A stretch of DNA of 64,000 nt, from contig OY759746.1 of the NCBI GenBank assembly GCA_963662795.1, positions 1,856,001 to 1,920,000 of the forward strand. The letters are read 5' to 3'. Within the stretch, counting starts at the first letter, position 1, and each line of letters starts with the position of its first letter. A program made the translations under genes and the position numbers. This stretch comes from Spirochaetia bacterium. Lineage in GTDB: Bacteria; Spirochaetota; Spirochaetia; CADAEX01. The notes under the pieces were generated by a model, which ran no database searches, was not told the DNA's origin, and saw only the letters and a list, made by a program, of their open reading frames with translations. Shown piece by piece: positions 49,153-59,438 of the stretch.

Positions 49153-49442
49153 GTCCAGCCTTGGCTCCGCCGTGCGGCCTGGACAAGAAGCCTGGCCACT
49201 ACGTATAACAGCGATTATTTCGCTGCGCTCCTGATGGTCGCTTGGGCTCCTGCCAGTTGAGCTGGCAGATCGCCATATTTTGTTTTCTTAAAACCGGAAC
49301 AACATGTGTTTTTACTTTTCAAGATTGATAAAACCAAATAAAAATATTTTAGAGTTTCGCCACAAAACATCGAATAATCGCGGGACGTTATACGTAATGG
49401 CCAGGCAAGAGAAAATCGCCCGGACCTCCGGCCGACGGGCGA
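49153..49442 (+). repeat. Composite attC-like site 29
   Basis: AAC ends 49209; GTT at 49387. Confidence 0.85.
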
Positions 49443-49505
49443 GGAAGAATTAGATGCTTTGTAATTTAATGAATACTTAAGAATTATTTTAAGGAGTATT
49501 TAAAT

Positions 49506-50372
49506 ATGCTATCTGCAGAAATACCCGATATTTTTAAAAGTGATGATAATTTGTTCCATTATACTACGAATGAAGTAGTTCTAGAACATATACTTAATGA
49601 AAAAGTAATTAATATGTCGCCAAGAATAAAATCTATTGATCCAATAGAATCTATCCAAACATCACCTTCAATGCAATTTGCTGATAAAGGGATAAGTGGT
49701 GAAAGACATAAATTATATATGGAAACAAAGTTAAAATTAATTAAAGAAATTGACACCGTTAAGCAAGTTTGTTTTTGCACGAATAATAAATACTTACATA
49801 AGCCTAAGCAGCCTGAATTGGAGTATTATGGATTTTTAAAACCAAGAATGTGGGATCAGTATGGAGAAAAATATAAAGGAGCTTGTATTTCATTTTCATT
49901 AAAAAAAATTAAAGAAAAAACTACCTATCCAAATAAACCTGTAGAGTATATTACCTTTAACGATTTATCTTTGAATAACAAATTGCGTCTTGACGGAAAT
50001 GAATTAGAAAAAATAGGTCAAGAAGCTTATATAAATAAATATATGAAAAATATTGAATCCATGTTTTTTAGAAAACATATTGACTACATTATGGAAGACG
50101 AATATCGTTTTATTTCTTACTTAAAAGATGAAGAAGATTTCATTAATATCGATAATTGTATAAATGGAATAATTGTATCAACAAATGATTTAACTAATTT
50201 TAAAATCAATGCATATAAAGAATATGCAAAGAAATTAAATATTGAAGTACTATTTTTATCTTGGAATGCAAAGGGTATAATAATACAGGATTTAAATGAA
50301 AAAATTAAAAATATAAATGTTTTTGAAGAAATACTTAGTAAAATATCTACTGATAAAAATACAAAAGAGTAG
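49506..50372 (+). CDS. DUF2971-like protein
   Basis: LFHYT, CFC, MWDQYG..GACISF, K...EDEYRF. Confidence 0.7.
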   Translation: MLSAEIPDIFKSDDNLFHYTTNEVVLEHILNEKVINMSPRIKSIDPIESIQTSPSMQFADKGISGERHKLYMETKLKLIKEIDTVKQVCFCTNNKYLHKPKQPELEYYGFLKPRMWDQYGEKYKGACISFSLKKIKEKTTYPNKPVEYITFNDLSLNNKLRLDGNELEKIGQEAYINKYMKNIESMFFRKHIDYIMEDEYRFISYLKDEEDFINIDNCINGIIVSTNDLTNFKINAYKEYAKKLNIEVLFLSWNAKGIIIQDLNEKIKNINVFEEILSKISTDKNTKE

Positions 50373-50402
50373 AATTGTAACTATTACTCGATAGTTTTTA
50401 AA

Positions 50403-50655
50403 GTCCAGCCTTGGCTCCGCCGTACGGCTTGGACAAGAAGCCTGGCCACTACGTATAACAGCGAATGGCCGGTTCCGGCTGTTTCTAAGGAAGCAGCCTC
50501 CACCCAAATTGCCGAAATAATAAATGTTAAGAATAATGGAATAGAGTATAAACTTTTGAAGTGAAAGACACCATCGGCAACTTCGGTCATTCGCGGGACG
50601 TTATCCACAATGCCCCCACAAGAGGACACCGCCCGGACCTCCGGCCGACGGGCGA
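50403..50655 (+). repeat. Composite attC-like site 30
   Basis: AAC ends 50459; GTT at 50600. Confidence 0.85.
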
Positions 50656-50702
50656 GGATTTTAAATACAAAATAAATACTATTAAAATTATGGAGAATTG
50701 AA

Positions 50703-51560
50703 ATGACAGCTTCTGAAAGAATAAGTATTATTCGTAGTATTTCAACAAAGCTTGGTAAAGAAAATTATGCATTAATTGATTTAACCTTGAAAGAATTTAA
50801 TCTGCCCTATACTAATAATTGGCAAGGATCAGGTACAGATAATTATATAATTGATATGATAAGCGAGGCATCAGATGAAGCTTTGCTAAATATTGCTAAA
50901 CATTTAGGGTTAGCAAATGAATTGCAAAATACTGTTGTGCCAAGTTTTTGGTCTCCAAATGAAGTAAGAATATTTATTAGCCATATCGTAGAAATAAAAG
51001 ATAAAACAAGTAAGTTATCAAAAGAAATTGAAAAATATCATATAAAAACATTTGTTGCACATGTGGATATTGAGCCATCAAAGGAATGGTTGGAAGAAAT
51101 TGAAACAGCTTTATCAACAATGGATGGCATGATTGCAATTTTTTCTGATAATTTTATTAATAGTAAATGGTGTGATCAAGAAGTTGGTTATGCTATTGGT
51201 AGACGTGTTCCAATTGTTCCATTAAAAATAGAAAAAGATCCACATGGATTTGCAGGTAAATATCAAGCATTGCCAATTAAGGGGAAGCCGCATTCAGAGA
51301 TTGCTAATGAAATATTCCAAATAATTTTAAAAAATCCTGTAGTTGGACTTAAATTAACAAGTGTATTAATTAGAAAATTAAAAACATCACAATCCTGGTC
51401 TGAAACAAAGAATCTGTTGAGTCTAATTGAGCTTTCAAAATATATAACAGAAGATCATATTTCTTTATTGAAAGAAGCTATTAATGAGAATTCACAGGTT
51501 AAGGAAGCTTGGGGTGTCCCAGAAAGAATTTTAGAATTAGAATCGAGGTTGAAATCATAA
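50703..51560 (+). CDS. TIR domain protein
   Basis: RIFISH, FVAHVDIEP, SKWCDQEVGYA (catalytic Glu). Confidence 0.85.
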   Translation: MTASERISIIRSISTKLGKENYALIDLTLKEFNLPYTNNWQGSGTDNYIIDMISEASDEALLNIAKHLGLANELQNTVVPSFWSPNEVRIFISHIVEIKDKTSKLSKEIEKYHIKTFVAHVDIEPSKEWLEEIETALSTMDGMIAIFSDNFINSKWCDQEVGYAIGRRVPIVPLKIEKDPHGFAGKYQALPIKGKPHSEIANEIFQIILKNPVVGLKLTSVLIRKLKTSQSWSETKNLLSLIELSKYITEDHISLLKEAINENSQVKEAWGVPERILELESRLKS

Positions 51561-51651
51561 AGGTAATTAAATATTTGCAAATAAATTAGAATATTATAAA
51601 TGTTTTTTAAAGAATACAAGTGAGTAATTTCATGATATTCAAGAGGTTTTA

Positions 51652-51901
51652 GTCCGGCCTTGGCTCCGCCGTACGGCCGGACAAGAAGTGGGGGCACTGG
51701 TGGATAACAGCGGTTAAAGCGCTGCGCTCGCAAGCTCGCTTGGGCTTCGCCATAAAAGCGCTAATAAATACAGATTAGGTTTGAGATAATCAGTAGAACC
51801 TATTTATTTTAAAGAAAATGCGCCTTCATCGCTTAACCGCGGAACGTTCTCCGAAATACCGCCCTAAGAGAACATCGCCCGGACCTTCGGCCGACGGGCG
51901 A
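51652..51901 (+). repeat. Composite attC-like site 31
   Basis: AAC ends 51708; GTT at 51846. Confidence 0.85.
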
Positions 51902-51993
51902 GAGAATGATTACTTGAATAAAATTATTCAAACTTTTGTATAAATATAATTTTGTTATGATATGAATGATTTTTTAAGGAAAAAGGAATATTA

Positions 51994-52887
51994 ATGAATA
52001 ATCTTGAAAGATTAAGATTAGTATCACAAATTGCTTTAAAATTACAAGAAAATTATACTACATCGCAAATCAATATTTTCTTAACCGGTTTTGGCATTCA
52101 AAATACTGGCGAAACAATAGTACCGTCAAAAAGAGTTTATGTTGAAAATAAGCTTTCGAATATATCAGAAAAAATAATATTATCAATTGCAAAAGAACTG
52201 GAAATAGAAATTAAAAACAAAGTTGATAATAATTCTAAACATGAATTATTAGATGTTAAAGAGAGAATTGTTGAATATCTTTTGATTTTGGATGTACCAA
52301 CAATTGATTTAATTTTAGATGAATATAAAGCACCAACTCATTATTATGGTGATTTTGATGATAAAAAAAGTTATTGTAAATTTAAAATATCCGAGTTAGA
52401 AACAATTGAATTAAATGATTTATTAGAATATTTGCAAAAAAGAAAAAACAAAGTAAACAATCCTGGATTTTGGGTAGAAAATAAAATTAGAATATTTATT
52501 AGTCATTTAGCTAAAGATAAAAAGAAAGCAAGTATGTTGGCTTCAGAATTATTAAAATATGATTTAACATCATTTGTTGCTCATGAAGATATTGAACCAA
52601 ACGAAGAATGGTTGGTAAAAATTGAAGAAGCATTAATGACAATGGATGTATTATTAGTTTTAATAACTGAAGGATTTAAAGAAAGTAATTGGACTGCACA
52701 AGAAATTGGATTTGCCTTAGGACGTGGTGTTCCTGTAATTTCAATTAAAAATGGAATGGATTCATTTGGATTTTTTGGAAAAAGGCAAGCTGTAGTCGGA
52801 ACCGGAAGAATTGCTAAAGATATTATAAGAGATGTTGTAGAAATAATAAAAAAACTTCCAGAATTTCAAGATAGAATATCAAGATGA
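51994..52887 (+). CDS. TIR domain protein
   Basis: RIFISH, FVAHEDIEP, SNWTAQEIGFA. Confidence 0.85.
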   Translation: MNNLERLRLVSQIALKLQENYTTSQINIFLTGFGIQNTGETIVPSKRVYVENKLSNISEKIILSIAKELEIEIKNKVDNNSKHELLDVKERIVEYLLILDVPTIDLILDEYKAPTHYYGDFDDKKSYCKFKISELETIELNDLLEYLQKRKNKVNNPGFWVENKIRIFISHLAKDKKKASMLASELLKYDLTSFVAHEDIEPNEEWLVKIEEALMTMDVLLVLITEGFKESNWTAQEIGFALGRGVPVISIKNGMDSFGFFGKRQAVVGTGRIAKDIIRDVVEIIKKLPEFQDRISR

Positions 52888-52894
52888 AAGATTA

Positions 52895-53222
52895 GTCCAG
52901 CCCTTGCCTCCGGCCTATCGGTCTGGACAAGAAAGGGCGGTACTTCCGAGAACAGAGGATAATGCGCTTCGCTCCCTTTGGTCGCTCGGGCTTCGCCACA
53001 CATCGTAGGCTTTGAACCACAATTTCTATAAACAACAAGTTTTGGAAGAAATTATTACAACTTCGAAATATTCATTCTTGGGCTACGATGCGTCGCTTAT
53101 CCTCAGGACGTTATATGCAATTAGGGCGCAACACCTCCCTCCCCAATAAACCTATTGATGATATTTTGGTAAGAGAATAAAATCCTCATGCCCCCTAAGA
53201 AAGCCCGGCGTCCTGCCGGGCT
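52895..53222 (+). repeat. Composite attC-like site 32 (extended right arm)
   Basis: AAC ends 52953; GTT at 53110; hairpin AGCCCGGCGTCCTGCCGGGCT at 53202-53222. Confidence 0.8.
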
Positions 53223-53245
53223 AAAAAAAAGATTAGGAAAGTATA

Positions 53246-56221
53246 ATGAAAAAAGAAGAAGGCAAAAAATTAATCGCTGAAAGAGTTGAAGATTTTGAGA
53301 AAAATAAGGCGATTTTAACAAAAAAAGGCCACGGAGAGACAAATATTCGCTCAAATTTCATAGATATTATGTATAAAGCCTTAGGGTGGGACATGAAAAG
53401 CCATTATGAAGTAGTTAGAGAGTATTCTCAAAGAGATAAATCTTCTTCTGGCGGGACAAAAAAAGTAGATTATGCCTTTAAAATAAATGGAAAACTTAAA
53501 TTTTTTATAGAAGCAAAAGAAGCAAGTGTAGATTTAGAAAAAGATAAAAATGCTATTTACCAGGCAAAAAGATATGCCTATTCTTCAAATGGAAAAGCAC
53601 CAATAGTAATTTTAACAGATTTTGAAGAATTCAGAGTTTTTAATGTTTTAAAAGCTCCAATAATTGATAATCCAGATAGAGATTTATTGCAAAGCCACTG
53701 TATGAGATATACAGATTATCTAGAAAAATGGGATTTGCTCTGGGATACATTTTCAAGAGAAGCTGTTGAGAAAGGAAGTTTAGATAAGTTAAGAGGAAAA
53801 ATTGATAAAAATACCAGAACAATGGATGTTGAATTCCTTGCACAGATTACAGAGTGGCGGGAGATTTTAGCAAAAAATATTGCAGTTAGAAATGAAAATC
53901 TTGAAGTTGACGAAATAAATGAAGCAGTTCAAAGAATCCTTGACAGGCTTGTTTTTATTAGAAACCTTGAAGACAGGGAAATTGAACCAGAAAATATGCT
54001 TTTTGAAAAAGCACATAAATCAGACAATGTTTATAAATCACTTATTCCTTTATTTAACTCATTAGATAAAACCTATAACGGACTACTTTTCAAAAAACAT
54101 TTTTCTGAAGAGATTGAAGTCGATGATAAGGCAATAAAAGATATAATTCGCCAAATGTGTTACCCTGTTTCTCCATTCCAGTTTGATGTTATTGAACCAG
54201 AAATACTTGGGAGAATATATGAAAAGTTTCTTGGAAGTAAAATCAGGTTGACAGATTCACACAGAGTAAAAATAGAAGAAAAAATAGAAGTAAGAAAAGC
54301 TGGTGGTGTTTATTATACACCTGAATACATAGTTGAATACATTGTAAAAAATACTGTAGGTAAAAAAATTGAAGGACTTAACCCGGAAGAAATTAAAGAA
54401 ATTAAAATTGTTGATCCTGCCTGTGGTTCTGGTAGTTTCCTACTTGGAGCTTATTCATATTTACTTGATTATCATCAGAAATGGTACTTGGCAAACCAGA
54501 AAGATAAAACATATCAAGCAAATTGGTATAAAACAAAAGATGGGGAAATAAAAGTAAAGCTCGATAAACGAGCTGATATACTTAGAAATAATATTTTTGG
54601 AGTAGATATTGATAAAGAAGCAACTGAAGTTGCAATAATGAGCCTTTATCTTAAAATGCTTGATGATGGTTTTGATAAAGGTCAACGAGATTTATTTTTC
54701 TTGAAGGGTTCTATACTTCCAGATATGAAAGAAAATATAAAATGTGGAAATAGTTTAATAGGTACAGATCTTTTTGATGATAGATTTGATTTTGACAGTA
54801 ATGATTTTAAAATAATAAAACCATTTGATTGGAATGTTCAGTTTTTTGAAATATTTTCAAATGGAGGGTTTGATTGCATAATTGGCAATCCCCCCTATGT
54901 TGATGTTAAAATATTACCGGACTCAATAAAAAAAATATTGATTGATAAATATAAATCTGCTTCTAATCGCTTTGACTTATATATTCCATTTATTGAAAGA
55001 TCCTTTTCATTAATTAATCAAAATGGAATAATTTCTTTTATTATGCCAACAATGTTTTTAATACGCGATTATGGTATTGGTATAAGAAACGTTATAAAAA
55101 ACAAATCTTATATTAAAGAAATTATACATTTTGGTACAAATCAAATATTTGAAAATGCGATGAATTACGTTGGTATTTTTTCTTTTATTAAAAATGAATT
55201 AGAAAATACGAATATTATAAAATATATAGATTGTAATTTTTCTCCTGATGAAATAGCCAAAGTATTAAACGGAGAACATGTCTTTGATAAAAAATATCTA
55301 AAGTATACAAATAATAAAGAAAACTATAATAATAAGGAATGGCATTTATTAAGTAAGCCTGAAGAAAAAATATTTTGCACTTTCAATAAATATAAACCAT
55401 TAGTGGAATATTTAGAATTTGCAAGTGAGGGCATTCATAGTGGAAAAGATGAAGTGTTTTTTATTAATGATAATAGTTTGTTCAGTGAAGGTATTGTATA
55501 TAAACTTGCAAAAGGTAAAGATGTTCATCGATATGAAAATGTCGATGTTAAAGAATTTAAACAGTATGTTATTTATCCTTATGATTTAAATACTGGTGAA
55601 GTAATATCTGAAAATGAATTGAAAAATAATTATAGACTCGTTTATGAATATTTAAAAAATTCTAGAGAAAAACTCAAGGGTAGGCCGTACTTTGATAGAT
55701 CATCAAAAAAATGGTATGAATTGTGGTGTCCAAGAAATCCATCATTATATATAAAGCCAAAAATAATTGGCCCAGAAATTACAAATTGTGGTAATTTTAC
55801 ACTTAGTTTAACACCTCTTTTTATAAATAATAAATTAAAATCATTAGTATTAAAGAATAATGTTAATGAAAAAATTGAATATATACTTGGATTATTAAAT
55901 TCAAAACTATTAGTATATTTACATAAATTGATTGCACCTCCCAAAGGGAATAATTATTTTGAAGTTAAAACTACGATATTAAGTAAATTGCCTATTAAAT
56001 CAATAGATTTTAAAGATTCAAATGAAAAAGAAAAACATGATAATATTGTTCTTTTAGTTAATCAGATGATTAATGTAAAAAAAGAACTATCTCTATCTAA
56101 AAGTGAAGCAGACAAATCAATCAACAACCAAAAAATAGCAATAATAGATAATAAAATTGATGAGCTTGTTTATGAACTTTATGAAATTTCTGATGAAGAA
56201 ATAAAATTTATTGACTCCTGA
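53246..56221 (+). CDS. Type IIG fused restriction-modification enzyme (Eco57I-like)
   Basis: N-terminal VDYAF..IEAK nuclease; GVYYTP, DPACGSGSFL, IGNPPY; C-terminal TRD and IDELVYELY. Confidence 0.9.
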   Translation: MKKEEGKKLIAERVEDFEKNKAILTKKGHGETNIRSNFIDIMYKALGWDMKSHYEVVREYSQRDKSSSGGTKKVDYAFKINGKLKFFIEAKEASVDLEKDKNAIYQAKRYAYSSNGKAPIVILTDFEEFRVFNVLKAPIIDNPDRDLLQSHCMRYTDYLEKWDLLWDTFSREAVEKGSLDKLRGKIDKNTRTMDVEFLAQITEWREILAKNIAVRNENLEVDEINEAVQRILDRLVFIRNLEDREIEPENMLFEKAHKSDNVYKSLIPLFNSLDKTYNGLLFKKHFSEEIEVDDKAIKDIIRQMCYPVSPFQFDVIEPEILGRIYEKFLGSKIRLTDSHRVKIEEKIEVRKAGGVYYTPEYIVEYIVKNTVGKKIEGLNPEEIKEIKIVDPACGSGSFLLGAYSYLLDYHQKWYLANQKDKTYQANWYKTKDGEIKVKLDKRADILRNNIFGVDIDKEATEVAIMSLYLKMLDDGFDKGQRDLFFLKGSILPDMKENIKCGNSLIGTDLFDDRFDFDSNDFKIIKPFDWNVQFFEIFSNGGFDCIIGNPPYVDVKILPDSIKKILIDKYKSASNRFDLYIPFIERSFSLINQNGIISFIMPTMFLIRDYGIGIRNVIKNKSYIKEIIHFGTNQIFENAMNYVGIFSFIKNELENTNIIKYIDCNFSPDEIAKVLNGEHVFDKKYLKYTNNKENYNNKEWHLLSKPEEKIFCTFNKYKPLVEYLEFASEGIHSGKDEVFFINDNSLFSEGIVYKLAKGKDVHRYENVDVKEFKQYVIYPYDLNTGEVISENELKNNYRLVYEYLKNSREKLKGRPYFDRSSKKWYELWCPRNPSLYIKPKIIGPEITNCGNFTLSLTPLFINNKLKSLVLKNNVNEKIEYILGLLNSKLLVYLHKLIAPPKGNNYFEVKTTILSKLPIKSIDFKDSNEKEKHDNIVLLVNQMINVKKELSLSKSEADKSINNQKIAIIDNKIDELVYELYEISDEEIKFIDS

Positions 56222-56226
56222 CAATA

Positions 56227-56553
56227 CGCCTCCGCACGTCCTGTGCTGCGGCGAGAAAGGGGGGCATGAGGATTTTATTAATAAAAAGATGATAAATTAT
56301 GCGCCCTAACTGCATATAACAGCGATTATTTCGCTGCGCTCCCGATGGTCGCTTGGGCTCCTGCCAGTTGAGCTGGCAGATCGCCATATTTTGTTTTAAT
56401 TATACCAGAATAATTATTGTTAGATTCTTTTAAAGTTTGAAAACCCAAATAAACGTATTTTAGAGTTTAAGCACAAAACATCGAATAATCGCGGGACGTT
56501 AGCAGCAATACGTCCCCAAGATGCAATCGCCCGGACCTCCGGCCGACGGGCGA
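56227..56553 (+). repeat. Composite attC-like site 33 (extended left arm)
   Basis: AAC ends 56320; GTT at 56498. Confidence 0.8.
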
Positions 56554-56666
56554 GGGAAATATATAGTAAAATCCTTAATATTTTAAGCAAAAAAGACAGT
56601 TTTTATATAATTCTATTTTAAAAATGTAGAGTTGATTTGATAAGTACAAAGTAGTAAAATTAGCCT

Positions 56667-58136
56667 ATGGTCATTACAAGTACAGTAGAGATGAATAGAA
56701 CTCAGAGGATATTGCATAGCTCAGATACTCATAAATCATTATTTGGACAATATTTAACACCTAGTGTAATTGCTTCATTTATGTCTAAAATGGCCTTGCG
56801 CTATGGAATAAACACTGATGAATATGACATTTTAGATCCAGGTGCTGGGCAAGGTATATTAGGAATATCATTAGTTGAAGAATTATATAAAGATAATAAA
56901 AACAACTGTATTTCTTTAGATGCTTACGAAATAGATAATACAATAATTCATGATCTATCTAATCATTTAGAGTATCTTTCAACTAAAACAAATACACAAT
57001 ATAAACTTATTAAAGAAGATTTTATTAATTACGTATCTCATGAATTAAGTTGGAATATAAATAAAAAATACAATTATGTTATAATGAATCCTCCTTACAA
57101 AAAAATGAATGTAAACTCAATTCATCACAAGTTATTGAAAAATATTGGAATTGATACAGTAAACTTATATTCTGCATTTGTTGCTCTGGGATTAAAACTA
57201 TTAAAAACCGATGGAGTGCTCGTTGCGATAATACCAAGAAGTTTTTGCAACGGCAAATATTTTTTACCATTTAGAAAATTAATAATGGATTTATCAGAAA
57301 TTGTCCATATCCATTCATTTCATTCAAGAACTGAATCTTTTAAAGAAGAAAATGTATTGCAAGAAAATGTTATTATAGTTTTAAAAAAAGTTACACATAA
57401 AAAAAATATAGTAACCGTGAGTTTATCTAGCAATAGAGAATTATTAGATTATTCAGAAAAACAATTTCAAATTGGCAGTATTATTAAAAATGACGATGAA
57501 GAACGTTATATTAATATTCCTAACAAATTTTACAACAATGCTATTCAGTTAAATACAACAATTACTGAATTAGATATTAATATTTCTACAGGCCCTATTG
57601 TTGATTTTCGGATGCGCGATAAACTTTTATACGATTTTGAAGCAGAGTCAACACCTCTTGTTTATTCTGGACATCTTAAAACTAATTATGTAGAATGGCC
57701 AATTGCTTCTAAGAAACCAAATGCAATAATATTAAACGAAGTAGAAAGAAATAAAAATATTTTTAAATCTGGCTTTTATGTAATAATTAAACGTTTTTCA
57801 TCAAAAGAGGAAAAACGACGAATATGGCCAACTCTTATTAAAGATACTGATTTTAATGGAATGGATTTTACAGCAGAGAATCATTTAAATATTTTACATA
57901 ATAATAAAAATGGGCTTGATAGAAAAACTGCAATTGGATTATTTGTTTTTTTTAATACTAAATTTATTGATAACGTTTTTCGTGAATTTAGTGGGCATAC
58001 TCAAGTTAATGCAACAGATTTAAAAAATATAAAATATCCTAATATTCAGCAATTAAAAAGTATGGCTGAAATATATTTAAATGAACAAAACATTGATTAT
58101 GATAATATATTTGAAATGGTGATGAAAAGTGGCTGA
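56667..58136 (+). CDS. BsuBI/PstI-type adenine methyltransferase
   Basis: GQYLTP, LDPGAGQG, MNPPYKK, FSGHTQVNATDL. Confidence 0.9.
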   Translation: MVITSTVEMNRTQRILHSSDTHKSLFGQYLTPSVIASFMSKMALRYGINTDEYDILDPGAGQGILGISLVEELYKDNKNNCISLDAYEIDNTIIHDLSNHLEYLSTKTNTQYKLIKEDFINYVSHELSWNINKKYNYVIMNPPYKKMNVNSIHHKLLKNIGIDTVNLYSAFVALGLKLLKTDGVLVAIIPRSFCNGKYFLPFRKLIMDLSEIVHIHSFHSRTESFKEENVLQENVIIVLKKVTHKKNIVTVSLSSNRELLDYSEKQFQIGSIIKNDDEERYINIPNKFYNNAIQLNTTITELDINISTGPIVDFRMRDKLLYDFEAESTPLVYSGHLKTNYVEWPIASKKPNAIILNEVERNKNIFKSGFYVIIKRFSSKEEKRRIWPTLIKDTDFNGMDFTAENHLNILHNNKNGLDRKTAIGLFVFFNTKFIDNVFREFSGHTQVNATDLKNIKYPNIQQLKSMAEIYLNEQNIDYDNIFEMVMKSG

Positions 58137-59064
58137 TAAAATAAATGAAGCATTGAATATTTTAATATCTCTTGGAGTACCAAGAGAGCAACAGAATGAA
58201 CGAACAGCACTTTGTCTTTTAGCATTAACTAATATAAAAGAAAATACTGAATGGGTTAATGCTTCTAATCCATTAATTGGAATTACTCCAATGATGGAAT
58301 ATGCTAAAAATAATTTTAACCGTAAATATGCACCAAATAGCCGCGAAACTTTTCGTAGGTTTAGTATGCATCAACTGGTACATGCTGGTATTGCTTTATA
58401 CAATCCGGATAATCCTTCAAGACCTGTTAATAGTCCAAAAGCTGTTTACCAAATATCTCCAAAAGCTCTTGAGGTTATCAAAAAATATAAAACACCAGAA
58501 TATGAAGACAAATTAAAAGATTATTATATGGTTATTGGTTCTTTGTCAGAAAAATATGCCAAAGAAAGAAATATGTTAATGGTGCCAGTGTTAATTAATA
58601 ATAAAAAAGAAATACATTTATCTTCTGGTGAACATAGTATACTTATTAAAGAAATTATTGAGAATATGGCACCGCGTTTTTTACATAATTCAGAATTAGT
58701 TTATGTCGGAGATACTGGTGAAAAATGGGGTTATTTTGATAAAGTACTTGCAACCGAATTAAAAATAAATGTTGATGAACATGGAAAAATGCCAGATGTA
58801 ATATTCTATATACGTAATAAAAATTGGTTAATACTTGTTGAATCGGTAACCAGCCATGGTCCAGTAGACAGTAAACGCTTAATTGAACTTGAACAGCTTT
58901 TTAATGATATTTCAATTTATAAAATATTTATATCAGCATTTCCCACTAAACAAATATTAGCAAAATATTCAACTCAAATTGCATGGGAAACTGAGGTATG
59001 GATTGCGGATAACCCATCTCATATGATTCATTTTAATGGTAACAAATTTCTTGGGCCTTATTAA
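58129..59064 (+). CDS. BsuBI/PstI family restriction endonuclease
   Basis: YAPNSRETFR, HGKMPDV, ESVTSHGP, IAWETEVW, HFNG.KFLGPY. Confidence 0.9.
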   Translation: MADKINEALNILISLGVPREQQNERTALCLLALTNIKENTEWVNASNPLIGITPMMEYAKNNFNRKYAPNSRETFRRFSMHQLVHAGIALYNPDNPSRPVNSPKAVYQISPKALEVIKKYKTPEYEDKLKDYYMVIGSLSEKYAKERNMLMVPVLINNKKEIHLSSGEHSILIKEIIENMAPRFLHNSELVYVGDTGEKWGYFDKVLATELKINVDEHGKMPDVIFYIRNKNWLILVESVTSHGPVDSKRLIELEQLFNDISIYKIFISAFPTKQILAKYSTQIAWETEVWIADNPSHMIHFNGNKFLGPY

Positions 59065-59082
59065 ATTAATTTGATTTTTTCA

Positions 59083-59374
59083 GTCCGGCCTTGGCTTCCA
59101 GCCGTGCGGCTTGGACAAGAAGGGGACGTACAGCTGCTAACAGCGATTATTTCGCTGCGCTCCCTGCGGTAGCTTGGGCTCCTGCCAGTTGAGCTGGCAG
59201 ATCGCCATATTTTGTTTTAATTAAACCAGAATAATTATTGTTAGATTCTTTTCAAGTTTGAAAACACAAATAAACGTATTTTAGAGTTTAAGCACAAAAC
59301 ATCGAATAATCGCGGGACGTTATGCACAATATCCACGCCAAGAAAAAACGCCCGGACCTCCGGCCGACGGGCGA
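59083..59374 (+). repeat. Composite attC-like site 34
   Basis: AAC ends 59141; GTT at 59319. Confidence 0.85.
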
Positions 59375-59438
59375 GGAAGTTTATTTTAAATAAAAATATT
59401 TAATATAATTTAATAAAACTTTAATTGGAGGGAAAATA

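Noticed and set aside
8498-52887. Canonical Thoeris operon
   Set aside because: SIR2 and TIR genes are about 40 kb apart and I see no SLOG or macro domain
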